DNA from: Eledone cirrhosa
Lineage: Eukaryota
Length of the DNA stretch: 64,000 bases
Assembly (NCBI GenBank): GCA_964016885.1
Contig: OZ024741.1
Span: forward strand, 181,474,001-181,538,000
Direction of reading: 5' to 3'
The position numbers and the translations under genes are program-made. Every line of letters begins with the position of its first letter. Within the stretch, counting starts at the first letter, position 1. The notes beneath the pieces are model-generated. The model had not been told where the DNA came from. It searched no databases and saw only the letters and a list, made by a program, of their open reading frames with translations. Positions 40,060 through 54,960 of this stretch are shown here, piece after piece.

Positions 40060-41900
40060 TACTAATGACACAGGACCGACAATAAGACGGACGAAGGCAC
40101 ACATGGGCGATAGACCAGCCAGTACACGTAGGTCATAGGCCCGGCACGCATACCACATGCGTCGCGGTAACTGGAACTAGGGACAGGGTAACGACAAGTA
40201 CGGCCGTGGCACCCTCTAGAGGGAACACCCGGCCTGGTAGCATTGGTATAGCCCCGAGAACAGCACCACATAGCTTTAAAGAGACTAACAGTAGAGCCGA
40301 CAATATAGAACGGAATACCATAGTAAGTGAAAGGCAGAACCATGACGCCCACAGCAGACATACAGATAGAGGCAACATAGAGGACGTAATAATAGGCGGG
40401 CAAAACCCGAGACGGACATCAGATCCAGGGCACACTCACACTACTACACACACGAAAGAACAAGACTAGATCTAAGGCCGTTACATGGTTTAACGCGCCA
40501 TACTCTAAGCATGTATGCAGCAACGTGCCAGGGCTTTTTTCCAAGCGTTCGACGAGTGCTTCTCGCCGTCGAACAAATACCACAAGATTTTCAACCGCCA
40601 CACGGTGAACGTTTTCTTTCTCCACAGCACCTAACATGGCCGACTACATGGCCAAAACCAACGCGGTAAAGATGGGGAACATCGACCGTCAACCGCGGCG
40701 GCAGAATGACCGTCCATCGGAGCGTGGAGAACCCTTCGGGGACCGGCCTTCCAACAACAACCCGGCCCCCGCGGCTGCCGCCACGCCCACGGAAGGCGAT
40801 ACAATCCAACGCCAGGAGGGAACACGAGTGACGGGGGGGGGGGGACAATTGTGCCGGCGGAACAACACCCTGGGAATCGGGAGAGGGCCCTAGCAGATCG
40901 AGGGCCAGGGGTCCGAAGTGAACAAAATAACGACAGAACATGTAACTGAAGAGCGGGAACCCAGTGCCCCATACAGGGAAGATGCCTGACGAAGGGCCTG
41001 GTATATAAATATGTGGTTAGCACCCACAATATAAAGCGCACCTACATCGGCGCAACATCCACGACCTTTAAATCGCGGATGTATAACTACACCAACTCTT
41101 TCAAGGACCGCAGTAAGAGGCACTCCACTAGGCTAGCGGACCTGGCGTGGGACTTGATTGGAGTATTGTTCGGCACGCGAATGCATACTCGGTGTAGCCT
41201 ATGCCTATACGAGGCCATGGAAATAGTCAGACTGAAGGATGATGCGGTCAACCTGAAATCGGAAATTATCATGACCTGCAGACACCAGAGAAGGTGCACA
41301 CTCTCCGCATGGAATCCACCGGGAAGCCCATGCTAAGGGCATGCAGTGGAGCACGCGCCGACCAGAGCGACGAAACGAGTTCAAGGGATCAGACACCATA
41401 CCCTGATGACAATATATGCCCCGTTGGGTAAACCAAAACAACCCAGGATGCATACCCGACTCTGCACGTCACCCTGGGCAAGAACATTGCCTGAGCCGGG
41501 ACAGGTTGACTCGGATTCCGCGGTCTTTCAGTCAAATACCTTACACCTATAGGACAACATACCTCAAACATAGTGACATACTCCAATATGGCCGGACTAC
41601 GCACCCCTATGCATATGTACCTTTTCAATCGAAAATACATACTCTCCACGTATTCCTTTTTGGAACACATATTATTTGTTCCGTATACAGACCCAAGTGT
41701 GCATCTCATATTCCCCATATGTACTATATCATACGCATACACGTCCCTCCTTCTTTCTTCTCTTTTTTTTATATATTTCTATGTGACGTTATATGTATAT
41801 TTTAATATAATTGAGAGAGATATATATGTATATGTTATGTGAATGGGAAATGGATGTATGCATATGATTATACTGTTTATATTCGTGCATGTTTAGTACA
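40060..41900 (+). mobile_element. Penelope-like element remnant (Naiad-type): RT C-terminal region, Cys linker and GIY-YIG endonuclease
   Basis: RSKAVTWFNAPYSKHVCSNV and YHKIFNRHTV (~40470-40610); CN*RAGTQCPIQGRCLTKGLVYK..YIGATSTTFKSR..H..CSLCLYE..NLKSE..CRH (40941-41336). Confidence 0.82.
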
Positions 41901-42922
41901 AGATACATCTTTTAATGTATGACGTTATATGTATATTTTAGTATATTGTAGGTTTTTTTTATAGATGTGTATGTACACATATATATGTGTGTGTGTATAT
42001 ATATTGAAGTTCGGACTGATCTGCGGAAAAAGTTTGAATTTTGAAATTTAAACTTGTCTAGGTACCAAGGCCTTTTGCCGATATGTGTTTGTGAGTATTG
42101 ATTTATTATTTTTTAGATCGATACAGGCAGACTATATGTATTTGAATTAAGATATTTCATTCTAGCTATTTTATTGTCAATTACAATAAAAACACGTAAG
42201 TGTTTATCATATATTAATTTATATTAACTTGTATGTGTATATATATATATATATACATTTATTTATTTTTTTATTTACTTATTTATTTATTCATATGTGT
42301 GTATGTATACCTGCATGTATATGTATGGATGTATGTATTTGGTTACATTGCCTATATTTGTGCATGCGTATAACAAGATGCATCCTTTCATGGATGACCC
42401 TGTATGACCCATTGTGCAGTTTTATATGACTCTGTGAGTATATCATATTTGAGTACGGACAGATATATGTATGTGTGTATGTATCTTTGCAGATGTACGT
42501 GGGCATGGAGGTAGTGGGCGCGTATTTGTTTGAGTGTATATGAGCCAGTGTGTGAGTGTGTGTGTGTGTGTGTGTGCGTGCGTGCACCTATTGTAGGGTA
42601 AGGGCTTGTTTGTGTGTACATTTATGTGTGTGTACATATACATATATATATGTGGGTTTGGGAGCGAGTCTATCTTTGTGCCTGTATATACGGACACGTG
42701 TGTGTATGTGCGTGTGCGTGTCTATGTATATGTCTGTACTTGTTTGTGTATACGAGTAGATATACGCGTATGCATGTGTGTGCGCATGTATGCGTGTGCG
42801 TGTGTGCGTGCATGTGTATGTGTGTGTGTGTGTGTGTGAGAGCTGATGTACGTGGGCAGGTAGACAGGCGTATGTGGAGGCGTATGTTGTTAGTTATATG
42901 GTTGTGTGTGTATGTGAGTATG

Positions 42923-43027
<105 letters not shown>

Positions 43028-43395
43028 ATGTGTGTGTGAGTGCGTGAGTGGCCTTGTGAAATACCAAACCCAGCATGAATTCATTGAAAGTGTATCAGGC
43101 GGAGGGACAGCTGATGGCCAGTCTGACAGCAACTATTGGCCAGAATTTATGATGACGTAGAAAAACAACAGCCAACAGCAGGACAAGCGAGGAAGATGTT
43201 TTTTGACGCTTACACCCCAGTGGGAAAATTTGTTCCGAAATTATTGCAAGTGTCCGACGAACCTGCAGGTCCAGAATCAGACAGATCCATACAATGATCG
43301 TGTCTCGAGCTGTCCGCCGGCGAAACAATTGTAACACACAATAAATTGAGTTCAGATGCATCACTGATTTTTCGTTTTACATTATATATATATAT

Positions 43396-43720
43396 ATATT
43401 GTTATACTTTGGGAGGGTCATCTTGCCAATAAGAAACACACGCACCAGTTGCTTTCACTTCAATTTATTATAATAAATTTATAAATTTAGGAATTTATAA
43501 ATTTCCGATTGGTTGGTTGGTTCCACAACCAGATGGTTGTTTATATATTGTCAAAGTTCTTTCGTCACACATTCCACAACCATCTCGTTGTGGAACCAAC
43601 CAACCAACCGGAAATTTATAAATTCCTAAATTTATAAATTTATTATAATAAATTGAAGTGAAAGCAACTGGTGCGTGTGTTTCTTATTGGCAACATGACC
43701 CTCCCAAAGTATAACAATAT
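43396..43720. repeat. Foldback inverted repeat (~145-bp arms, ~35-nt loop) next to (TA)n
   Basis: 43396-43540 is the reverse complement of 43576-43720 with about 3 mismatches. Confidence 0.92.
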
Positions 43721-43775
43721 CGGTTTCAACACACGTTTTCAGATAAAGAATCTTGCTAAACAAATTCAGAAACGA

Positions 43776-43808
<33 letters not shown>

Positions 43809-43809
43809 A

Positions 43810-43973
43810 TAGAAGTAGTTCCACAACAGTTAGTTCACCATACCAAGAAAAAATGTTTAACCTTATGCGGATCTTCAGCTCGGTCTGAGTGGAGTTGTAC
43901 GGAGCTGAAGATCCGCATAAGGTGAAACGTTTGTTCTCGGTATGGTGAACTAACTGTTGTGGAACTACTTCTA
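43810..43973. repeat. Foldback inverted repeat (~72-bp arms) containing hammerhead motifs
   Basis: 43810-43881 is an imperfect reverse complement of 43902-43973. Confidence 0.9.
43898..43942 (+). ncRNA. Minimal type I hammerhead (right arm); the left-arm copy has GAAA>UAAA
   Basis: UACgGAG-CUGAAGA-uCC gcauaa GGu-GAAA-C guuu G-UU-CUCgGUA; the two-arm consensus gives a perfect CCGAG/CUCGG stem I. Confidence 0.6.
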
Positions 43974-44028
43974 CCAAACTCGTCCCATGGACTGAGTGCT
44001 CTACTACTACGGATATAACTCTCCAGTG

Positions 44029-44124
<96 letters not shown>

Positions 44125-45135
44125 GGTGTATGTATGTGTCGAAGTTGTAGCCGCAGTAGAGCAGATACCAATCAAATTGGTTGAGGTGGTCATGAAGCAC
44201 TCGATGGTGCGAAAAGCGAGTGCTTTTTTCGTCCAGAGTAAGCACAAAGTCAAGAAAGTGTGACAATATGAATAAAACGGCCAGGTGTACGTGGCCATAG
44301 TTTATAGCCACAACAACGCTAAACACAAAAAGGTAGGAGACTAACCTGGACTATCTCAAATAGATAAGTATCGATAGAAATCGATAAAAATCTTCGATAG
44401 GTTTCTTCTGGGATTCCGGGCGGGAAGGTACATCACATGTTGCACAATGGATATGTAAGTTGTAAGTGCATCTAGCTATTGTTTAGCAATGGAACTCGAG
44501 CTCCTTTCTTCAGAAGGTCTTTGTTCATTAGTACCCGCCGTGGTTCTGCTGCGATTAAACAGGGAAATATTATACGGTAATAGTAAATTATTCTGTGCCA
44601 TCACGCGCCCTCGCCCAAAAGAGGAAGATAATTTGACCAAACTTTAGACGGGTAAATTCAAGGTGTGAACAAAGAATTTTTACAGCCTCAAAAAAAAAAA
44701 AATCTCCACTAGTGTTTATAAACAAAAAATAACCAGTATGTTATTAATGAAGTACATAAAACTAGAAGAACAATATTTGGTATAAATTGAAATTGTAGCC
44801 GGTAGGAGACTAATGTGTGTATATATATTTGAAAAACACAGAGATACAAAGTCATATTCGTTTCAAGCTTATTGGAAAAGGAAAAGGAATGTTTCAACGT
44901 ATCGGACGTTAGGCCTTTATTGGAAAAGTGGGTAAGTGTAAAGTTAAGATAAAGAGGAGGATGGAAGTTTATCTGGATGCGTGAGATGAGCAAGCAAGTA
45001 GTCCGGTGTGTGTGTGTGGGTACCGAGTTGGTTGCAGAGTGTCCGGATTTAACATTGGTGCTGTTATGTGTGTGCGGATGAGGTGTATTTTGTGAGTGTT
45101 CCTTGTTGTTCGTATTTCCTTTTTGTTTGTGTGTG

Positions 45136-45212
<77 letters not shown>

Positions 45213-45320
45213 CTTGTGTGCAACTTTATGTACGCGTGTGTGATTGTATATATGTGCATGTCTATGTAAGAGCGTGTGATTGTGTCTGTGTGTATAAGCG
45301 TGAGTGTTTCTTCAGGTCTG

Positions 45321-45351
<31 letters not shown>

Positions 45352-45586
45352 AGTGTTTTTGTGTATGTGTATGTGTATGTGCGTATGTGTATGTGTGTAT
45401 GTGTATGTGTGTATGTGTGTGTGTTTGTGTGTGTGTGAGTGTATGTGTACGAAGTGAGAGAAGATATCCAAAAACCTATTTCAGAATTTCAGAAGTGGAG
45501 TTAGGAATGCTTGTATTCGGTATGAGAGAAGAACATTTCTTGCGGTGGTCTTCATTGGTACAGAAAGCTATGCAGTAGCCAATAGT

Positions 45587-45717
<131 letters not shown>

Positions 45718-46145
45718 CATACATACACACACAGAGTTATATATATATATATATACACACACATAGACAGTGTATCCACGCTGACTACACTGACGTCATA
45801 TATAATCGTACATCACCATTTAAATATTAAATGTGGCAAGTGTGTATCCTGCTCTTATTAGGAGAGATGTTTCACTTTTAGTTATATACAGATCGTTACA
45901 CAACCTCTACTTAGTATAGAGGTTATGATAAAATACAACTGTTTCATTCGAAAATCAGTAGGGATTCGAATTTCATCGAATTTGCTGTACTCTGCTATTT
46001 CAATCATGCTTCTGCTTATTATTAGTTCATATTCTAAATTTACTTGATCAAGTGGGTGAGTCGCCATTTTGCACTGAATAAACATTCTTAATTAAAATTA
46101 AATAGACAGCAATACGAAATATGTCCTGATAATATTTTACTGATG

Positions 46146-46239
<94 letters not shown>

Positions 46240-46352
46240 TCTGCAATATATATATATATATATATATAAAACAAACAAATGGTTATAATTGCAAACGAAT
46301 CGAATATTATTAATATTCGAAAATCTCAGATTCACACACACATATATGGAGA

Positions 46353-46436
<84 letters not shown>

Positions 46437-48967
46437 GATGGAATAAATGATCACATGCAAGTAAATCGAAACTGTTATTAAATACACAAGGGAATTAGAT
46501 TTGGGAAAACTATGCTACTGACTGTTTCTGTGAAATCAATATTGGTAGACAAAAAGTGAATAAATGATCTAGTCAATCAGGTAACTTAGTGATATATTTA
46601 AAGAGTGCCGAATAAATCAATATACTTATATAGAGGATTCTTTCGGCGGTCTATCTATTAATGTCACCGTACACTCCTTTCGTGGGGCTCTTTAAAAGTA
46701 TGTTCCAGAATTTCATCGAACTTGAATCTGGGTAGTAACGCTATAAGAAAGTTTGCGACAAATATTTCTGGTCTCTTTTGACAGGTAAAATGTAGATATC
46801 ATTGTTTGGCAAATACAGTTCAAGAAATGCTTCAGCTGATATTAGAATTTGTCGTCATGGCAACTTATTTCTACTGAGATCGAAGCCTGACTGCTATGTA
46901 TGCATGTAAACAACCAAAACTGAAGATCGATAGGTATAAAGCAGCACCTTTTCTCCAATCATATGAATAGCTCTTATACCATTCTATCTTTTTAGTGTGA
47001 GGTAACATGGTGCTGAACTGGAAGGGAACATATGCGTGATGTACCAGCAATACACTGCTTAATACTTGAAGCACCGTTTGCAGAGGCTTGAGTGATGTGG
47101 TAACCAAACAAGACAAATATCTACATGTGGTGTTTTCCCTATGTATAATAGTTCCGAAAAATTGATGCTTTTCCATTATTTTAGTAGCGATGAAATTATT
47201 GGTAATTTTGTTTCTCATGTTGAACCCAGGCACAAATCCTGATAATTGAAATCCATCAATTAGTAAAACGATTCTCAGAGCATTTCCCCCCCAACTTGGA
47301 GGCTAATCAGCGTTAAGCGATTGAGAGTACAATACATTCCCTTGAACGCCAACCCAACGAAAGATTAACCGAAAAACTACTGCTATTTCTTATTTTTTGC
47401 TGAGCGTATTAGGGCGATGTGAAATGAAATGCTTTGCTCAAGAACACAACGTACCATCCGGTCCAGGAAATGAATGCATGACATTATGGTCGTAAATCCA
47501 ACATCTTAGCCATTAGGCTAAGCACCTTTATATTCCCATAGGTACAAGAAGTGAATGATGGAAGAAACACTAATCTCGTTTTCGAGGAGGTCATCAGAAA
47601 TATATTGAAGAAGCTCTGAAGTTTCGAGATTTCTCAGACGATGCTTATAACTTGGCTATAGATGATGTACTTACTAATCACGAAAAAGAATATGTTTAGC
47701 AATTTACTGATCGCTTCTGCCTGAATGTCAGGAAGACTTAATACGTTCAACACTCAAGTCTCTTATCTCCATAATCTTTAATGGTTCCAACTTGAACGAT
47801 CAAGGCAAAAGTAGTTCCCAGTCTATCCTGACGTAAGCCAGTGCATAATTTGCAACACAAGAACATCTCATACTGCTGTAAGGACTAGACACACTCCACT
47901 CAAGAGGAAGGAGAGCCAATCCTTATTGCTTTTTGACATTGAATGCTCTCAGACAAGAGATAATCAAACTGCAAAAGCTTTTTAAACAAGAATACATGAT
48001 GATTCAGAACTTTATAAAAACACCCGGTACCAAGAGCCGAGACTATCGACGCAGAAGAGATAATATTTTGATATTGTGTTGGGACATTTAAAACAAAATA
48101 TGTATGATCTTATGTAATATTGTTTTGCTATTAGCAATCACAATGTAACACTTTTATTCAGTTGTATAACAGCATGTAGATTAGAAAACATGAATTTTAT
48201 TTCTTGTTTTAGCAAACAATAACTGATACGTGTTAATAATGTACAGCTAATCAACCTGGGAATTAAAGCTTGGTTGCAAATTCAGTTTACTGCAAATATA
48301 CTCCGATAGCAGAGCAAAGATAAAGAAGCATATTTAAAAAATAACATAGTTCATACACTTTTATAAAATAATTTCTATTGATCATATTTAAAGGGACGAC
48401 TTATAACAGATTCAATCAACCCGAATAATTTACAGGCATTTACTCTATTGCTTTTCTGTGTATGAATATCATTGTAGAAAATGGTGAAATTTGAACAGCA
48501 TTCGTCTATCAGAGTCTATGATGAAATATACATCCCCTAGGTACCGCGCAGTGAGATGAAATCCTAAATCATGTAGCTGCAAGGATAATATTTAATTACA
48601 TCCTCTTTCGTTTTGAATTCAAATATGGGGTATATATTATTTACAGTTGGTGTCTCAGGATAAATACCATTCTGTATTTAATAATATACTTTTCTATACT
48701 GAGCTCTGATTCTGGAGGGATGTCTATATGTTCGATAAAGTTAATAAACATACCTTTAGATTGATTCAATCGACTTCTGCAGTACCTTAGACAAAGTCGC
48801 TTATTGCGAATGGGAAAAAAATTGTTATTTGGCACAATTATCTTATCAGTTTACCAGAAACCAAAATCTAACATGCAATTTGGAAAATTCAAGTTTGGAA
48901 AGTTATATATAATATAATTTGCAAGTAGAATTTTAGTATGAAAGTTTGAATACTTTCTATCCCATTT

Positions 48968-49047
<80 letters not shown>

Positions 49048-49102
49048 CCCATCCCTCTCTTTCTCTCCCTCTCTTTCTTTCTCTCTCTGTCTCACATAGT
49101 CT

Positions 49103-49198
<96 letters not shown>

Positions 49199-49214
49199 AT
49201 CTCTTTCTGTCTGA

Positions 49215-52200
49215 TACTTGAAACATCGCCAGTAAGATTTTTTGTAAATTTATATACGAAAAACAGAACAAATTGTTTCAAAAAACATATTATTTTGTAG
49301 ATTAACCCCCAAGCTGAATTGTCAGCTGGGTGGTAATCCCATTTTTCGCCTCTTTAGGGGCGAACATTTTATTTTAAAAATTGTTTTAAAATATCAAATT
49401 TTACAAGCTATATAACTTGAACAACACAAGAACGCTGGAGAACGTCAATAGAGAAAAGAGAGAGAAAGAGGCAGATATTAACGTTATATCTGCTTCTGTT
49501 ACTATGGACGTCGTCATAGATACGACTGTCAACAAAGAGGAAAAAATGTTACCACTCGAAAATTGTACAATTTCTACCGTCGAAGAGGAAAAAAATAACA
49601 CTAACTCACATGAAAACACAGAAATTAAACCTATTAACATACATACACATGAAAAAGATATCAACAACTCCACAGATACATCTACACATAAAGTCTCACC
49701 TCATCAAGGAACTGAGATTTCTAACACCGAGGCTAACAACGATAACAACAACAACAACAGCAACACCACACAAAAAAAGAAAATGTATTTCGCTGAAACA
49801 GTGAACAAAAAACAAGATTTTATAAATCTTGATATCTCCAATGCAAGAGATATTCTCCAGCAAGGGAGAAAATTTGTAACTTTCGAACAAAAGGGTGGGT
49901 TTAGAATTAACTCACCCCTTGAAATAAAAGAAGACACAATTCGCAGATCAGTCACCTTTAGGACTGTGTCCAATTCCACAAGAAAGCCGACATTTGTTAG
50001 CCAAGCAGATATAGAAGCTACTTTCAAGGAAATTCTAGCAAATATCGATTTTCTCCAGCGAGGAAAACAGTACGGAAGTGTTTCCGTACTGTTTAAAAGC
50101 GAGGCACTTGCCCAAAACCATTCTGTGACACCAATCGTGTCAAAAGCATTCACCTTTTTCCCTACATACATGGGAAAAAGGACACAAAAAATAAAAATAA
50201 AAAATATACCCCAAACATTAACATCTGGTGGATCTTGGCTGCTTTCGTAGAGCCAGAAACTGATATGATTCTTTCGATACGAAAATCTATTCGACAAAGG
50301 TGGGCGGGTTCTGATTTGGAGATTCTGTTGCAAATGAAGCCGGAGAGAATCTCCAAAATACCCGAAAGAGTCGTCATGGATGATAACAACAAAATAAACA
50401 TTTCGGTAGAAGGACGAAAATTTCATTGCTTTCGCTGTGGTAGCACAGCACCCCTAAAAGCCTATTGTCCACAAACACACAACAACAGCATCATTAAAAA
50501 ATCACTAATACCAACACCAACACCAAAACAACCACCACCACCACAAGTACAACGACAGACGAAACAAGCAACCACACCAAAACAAACAGACACTCAACCA
50601 ACAACAGCATAAAAACAGAGACAACACCCCTGAAGAACACAGCCCCACCTCATCCCACTCCATCAAAAACTACCACAAACACACACACCGAAACACCACC
50701 TCCACACAACATACCCCTACCCCGATGATTATTCATCGACGGATGAAGCTGCTTCTCCTTCTTTAAGTGAAGAAGAGGGAGAGCCGCGGAAATCTAAAAA
50801 ACAAAAAAAGAGACACCACAAAACCCCCAAAACTCCAATCACCAACACCAACACACAACCACAGACACAAACAATAACACAATCAACACCACAGTCAAAC
50901 ATCCTCCTATCAGCAAAACCAACACCAACACCACCACCACCATAAAAAGAAAACTCCCGGACGAACAACAAACTAAAACAACACAACAAAAACACAAACA
51001 ACAATACGCATATATCAACACAAACAACAAGAATTTGATGGAGGTCATCTCCAAAAACCCCAAGGTGGAGACGGAGGGCAAAACTTTCGTCAAGGCAGAA
51101 TCGTCTCCACACTTATAAGGGTTTCTATGGAAACCTATAATGACCTAAAAAATAAATTTTCACAGGACGTGTGCAACCCCTGCCAGAAACCCATCAACCG
51201 GGTCCTGTTAAAATGTTTCCTCACCCCACTCAACACCCCATCCAGCACCCAAATGGAGATTGAACAATCCGATCTCGAGGAAACGAAAAGGTAAGTGTAC
51301 CTTTCGTCCTTTTTCTCTAACTCTTCTTCACCAACATGGCTAGTTTACGAGTTGGAAGCGTGAATGTGCGTGGCCTAGGGATGCCCTGGAAACAGGGCCA
51401 ACTTTTAAACGACCTTAGGTTACACGGTATGGATGTGATAGCCATCACCGAGTCCAGGATCCACAACAAGCAGCAACTAACCCCCATCTTCGACGACTTT
51501 GAGATCTACGCATCTCTCTGTCAGCCAGGTGGTGGGGGTGGAGTGGCAGTCATGTTGCGGAATAACCTGGACGTCGAAGTACAGCAAGTACACTTGGACC
51601 CGGAGGGTAGACTGGTAGTCCTAGACGTGAACAGTATTGGAGGTGAAGCCTTCAGACTGGTGACCGTTTATGCCCCGACCGAGCCATCGCAATCACGGCC
51701 AGACATCTTTAAACATCTTGAGTCTTTTCTGGGAACGTCTCGCTCCTTTCTTTTAGTGGTGGACTGGAATGGTATCCTAGATGCGCGATGGGAATATGTG
51801 GGAGCATGTCCAGTAGAGGGGGGTGCAACAGCCTCAGAACTTTAATCGGCCAATTCCAACTGGCCGATAGGTATCGACTGGATTTCCCGACTGCACCACA
51901 GTGGACGTGGGTAAACCGCAGCGGGACATCTAGATTGTATTTAGATAGGTTCTTTATTAGAGAAAGGGACAAGGAGATGTTAAGCTGTCCACGAATGCAC
52001 ATGGTTGCCTATTCAGATCACAAATTAGTCGTCTGCTTAGTCAACCGTGATAGAACACATAAACAAAGACCCGGATACTGGAAGCTGAACCTGCCGTTGC
52101 CGGCACGTAAAGCTACAGTGAACGGATAAGTAGACTAGTCAAGCAACAGTTAACAGGAGCCATCGTCAACAATAGATGGTGGTACTCTCTCAAGAAAGCA

Positions 52201-54960
52201 ATTAGAATAGAATCGATAGGGTTTAGCAGAGAGTTAGCCTTAGAGAAAACAAACTAGAAAGAGAACTAATAGCCAAGGTAGGGGAGGCACTTAGAAGTGG
52301 CAACGCGGCTAGAGTGTTAGCGTTGAGACCGGCACTGGACCAGTTCTTCGATGCGAAACACGAAGGCTGCGTGGTCAGAAGCAAAACACCTGCTCTAGGA
52401 AACGAAGGAGCGAAAGCTGTCAGCTGGGCTCAAGTGGCGGAGGCAAAAAGTGGCAACAAGTCCACGATTCGGTCTTTGAAAGACCAAAACGGACGCGCGC
52501 TACTTGAGCCCAAGAAAATGTGCGCGGCCTTTCAGCAGCACTTTGCGCGACTGTTTGAGCAGAACGACGGTGAGCCGAACGGGGCAATGGACTTTAGTTC
52601 ATACCTTGACGGCCTGCCGCGTCTCTCGAACACGGACGCCGAGTTCTGCGAAAGACCGATCACGGACACTGAGATACGGGACGCTCTGGGCCGCTGCGGG
52701 AAACGCAAGTCACCCGGTCTAGATGGCCTACCCTATGAGTTTTACATAGGTATGCCGGACTTGTTCTCTGGCGTCCTCGAAGCCGTCTACTGCAATTGGC
52801 AGCAGAACGGGAGAATTCCCAGTTCTGCAGGCAAGAGCGTAGTAACGCTGATCAGGAAAGACGAGAACAAGGGGGACAAAATTAACAACTTCAGGCCCAT
52901 AACTCTGCTCAACACAGAGTTAAAGATTTTGACCAAGGTGCTAGCGACGAGGTTGGCGCTTGACGTCGAGAACTTGGTAGGGAAAGTGCAAACGTGTGCA
53001 ATCCCATCATAGAGAGGCTGGGTAGTAAACTCGGCTTCGGTGGGGATTTGATCAATTTGGATCAGTCTAAGGCATTCGATAGGGTCGACCATCGATACTT
53101 GGAAGAGGTTCTCAAGGCGGTTCTCAAGGTTTCGGTCCCGTGTTCAGAGGCTGGATCGAGGCGATGCACACCAGCATCTGCTTGAGGGTCAAATGTGAAC
53201 GGCTACTTATCGGAGCCATTTGCAATCATGCGTTCCATTCGACAGGGGTGCCCTCTCTCCTCCATTCTGTATGTATTGACTCTAGAGCCACTACTGCGGA
53301 AATTGGAGCTGTTGCAGAGCAACCATCTAGAACCGGGACTGCGCAAAGGAAATCGGGGTGATCGGGGTGATCGGCAACTTACTGAAAGAATACGCAACGC
53401 TGACGGGAGAAAAACTAAACCCGGACAAGTCTGTCGGTTTGCAGCTCGGTACGTGGAGAGGCAAACCGATGACGTCCGACAGCGTCGTTGGACGCTGGAT
53501 GGACGGACCGGTGAAATTGCTCGGGGTCTGGTTCGGTCCAGACCTCCAGGTGGAGAAAAACTGGAACGAGGTCACGGCCAAGGTGTTTGCACTCACCCAG
53601 AAGTGGGCAGAGTGCAAACTGTCCTTGAAAGGTCGAGCGGAGGTGGCAAGCATTTTCATAGCGTCCGTCATCTACTACCGCTTGACTGTCGTGCCTTGTC
53701 CCCGTGAACACCTCGCCAAGATGGAACGCATGCTCTTCCAGTTTCTGTGGAAGAAGCAGGCTCCGCTGGTGAGGAGATCCGTCTTCTGTCAGCATCCTTC
53801 CAACGGAGGGCTGGGATGCCAGGGCTGGGAATGCCATGGCTGATGATGCGCAAACATGCGTTGAGGCTGCGGCAACTCCAAGCATACCTCACCGACCCCC
53901 AACCGGTGTGGGCACCGTTTGTGAGACAGGCTTTCCCACAGCTCGTCTCGCTGACGGAACTGCAGTCCTGGGTCAAGAAAAGACCGAAAACGATGGGCGC
54001 CTGGCACATTGAATGCGCTTAGGCGCTCACAGTCCTCGGGCAAGCGGGCGCAGCAATCAGTGGAGACTCTACTTCGACATTCTATAGAGGGATTGTACGT
54101 TACAAGGGCGACGACGTGCTCGGAGAGACTCTGGGTGTCGAAGACGATGAGCTCACCAGTCTGTTTGGTAGGACTTTCCGCCCGGGACCTATGGACAACT
54201 TCCAGAGGTCCCTGGCCTGGCAGTGCTACCGAGGAGCTCTACCGGTTCGTGACAAGATCTACAGACAGGGACGCCCCGGCAGGGATCCTTCCAAGAGGAC
54301 GTGTCCAAGATGCGCACAGGACATTGAAACAGTCCTGCACGCAATTGTACACTGCCCGGGTGTAACCGACCTGTGGAGCTATGCAGAACAACTGCTGTCG
54401 TGTATGCGACAAATCCAGTTGACTGCCGAGTCCATAATAAGGATCAAACCGCCAACCTCTTTCAAAAACGAAAGAGAGGCGGTTTTCCTCTGTACGGTGG
54501 CTATGGTGAAAGAGGTTATATGGTGGACGAGATTGAGAGGACTGAGGACAGATGCCTTTCTCTCCGGACAACAATTGATTCCCTTCTTTAAGTATCACTT
54601 TAGAAGGAGAATCAGAATGGGGAGAGAGGCACTGCACCCCAGTAAATTTACTGAAAGGTGGGTGAATGAAGCGAAGATGGCCCTAGTGATTGGGCCTTCT
54701 CTGTTTATAAGCCTGTAGGTTAAAGAAGAGAGCAAAAGGAAGAAGAGAGCACTTGCACAACACGCTCCTGGAGTTGAGGGATGTTCTATCGACGGGGTAT
54801 TAAACAACCCATTTGTGGCGTCTTCCCCCTATTGGGAATTTCGATTGCTATAATTGTTTGTTTGTTTTATATACTTTTTTATACGACTGTATGTAAAATC
54901 TCCGGCATGTGTCTTTGTATTGTCCCCTTTTCTTGTGCGCCCTTGTGGCAAATAAAGAAA
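49215..54960 (+). mobile_element. Tx1/L1-clade retrotransposon, copy 5 (full length, disrupted)
   Basis: Preceded by (TC)n and (TATC)n 49104-49198; ORF1 ~49417-51294 (CFRCGSTAPLKAYC); ORF2 51336-54718; 3' end tgtggcaaataaagaaa + tctatctatc. Confidence 0.92.

Noticed and set aside
43080-43360. Possible host exon (GC-richer island); likewise 46870-47230 and 60089-60271
   Set aside because: No recognisable motif or consistent splice and frame support
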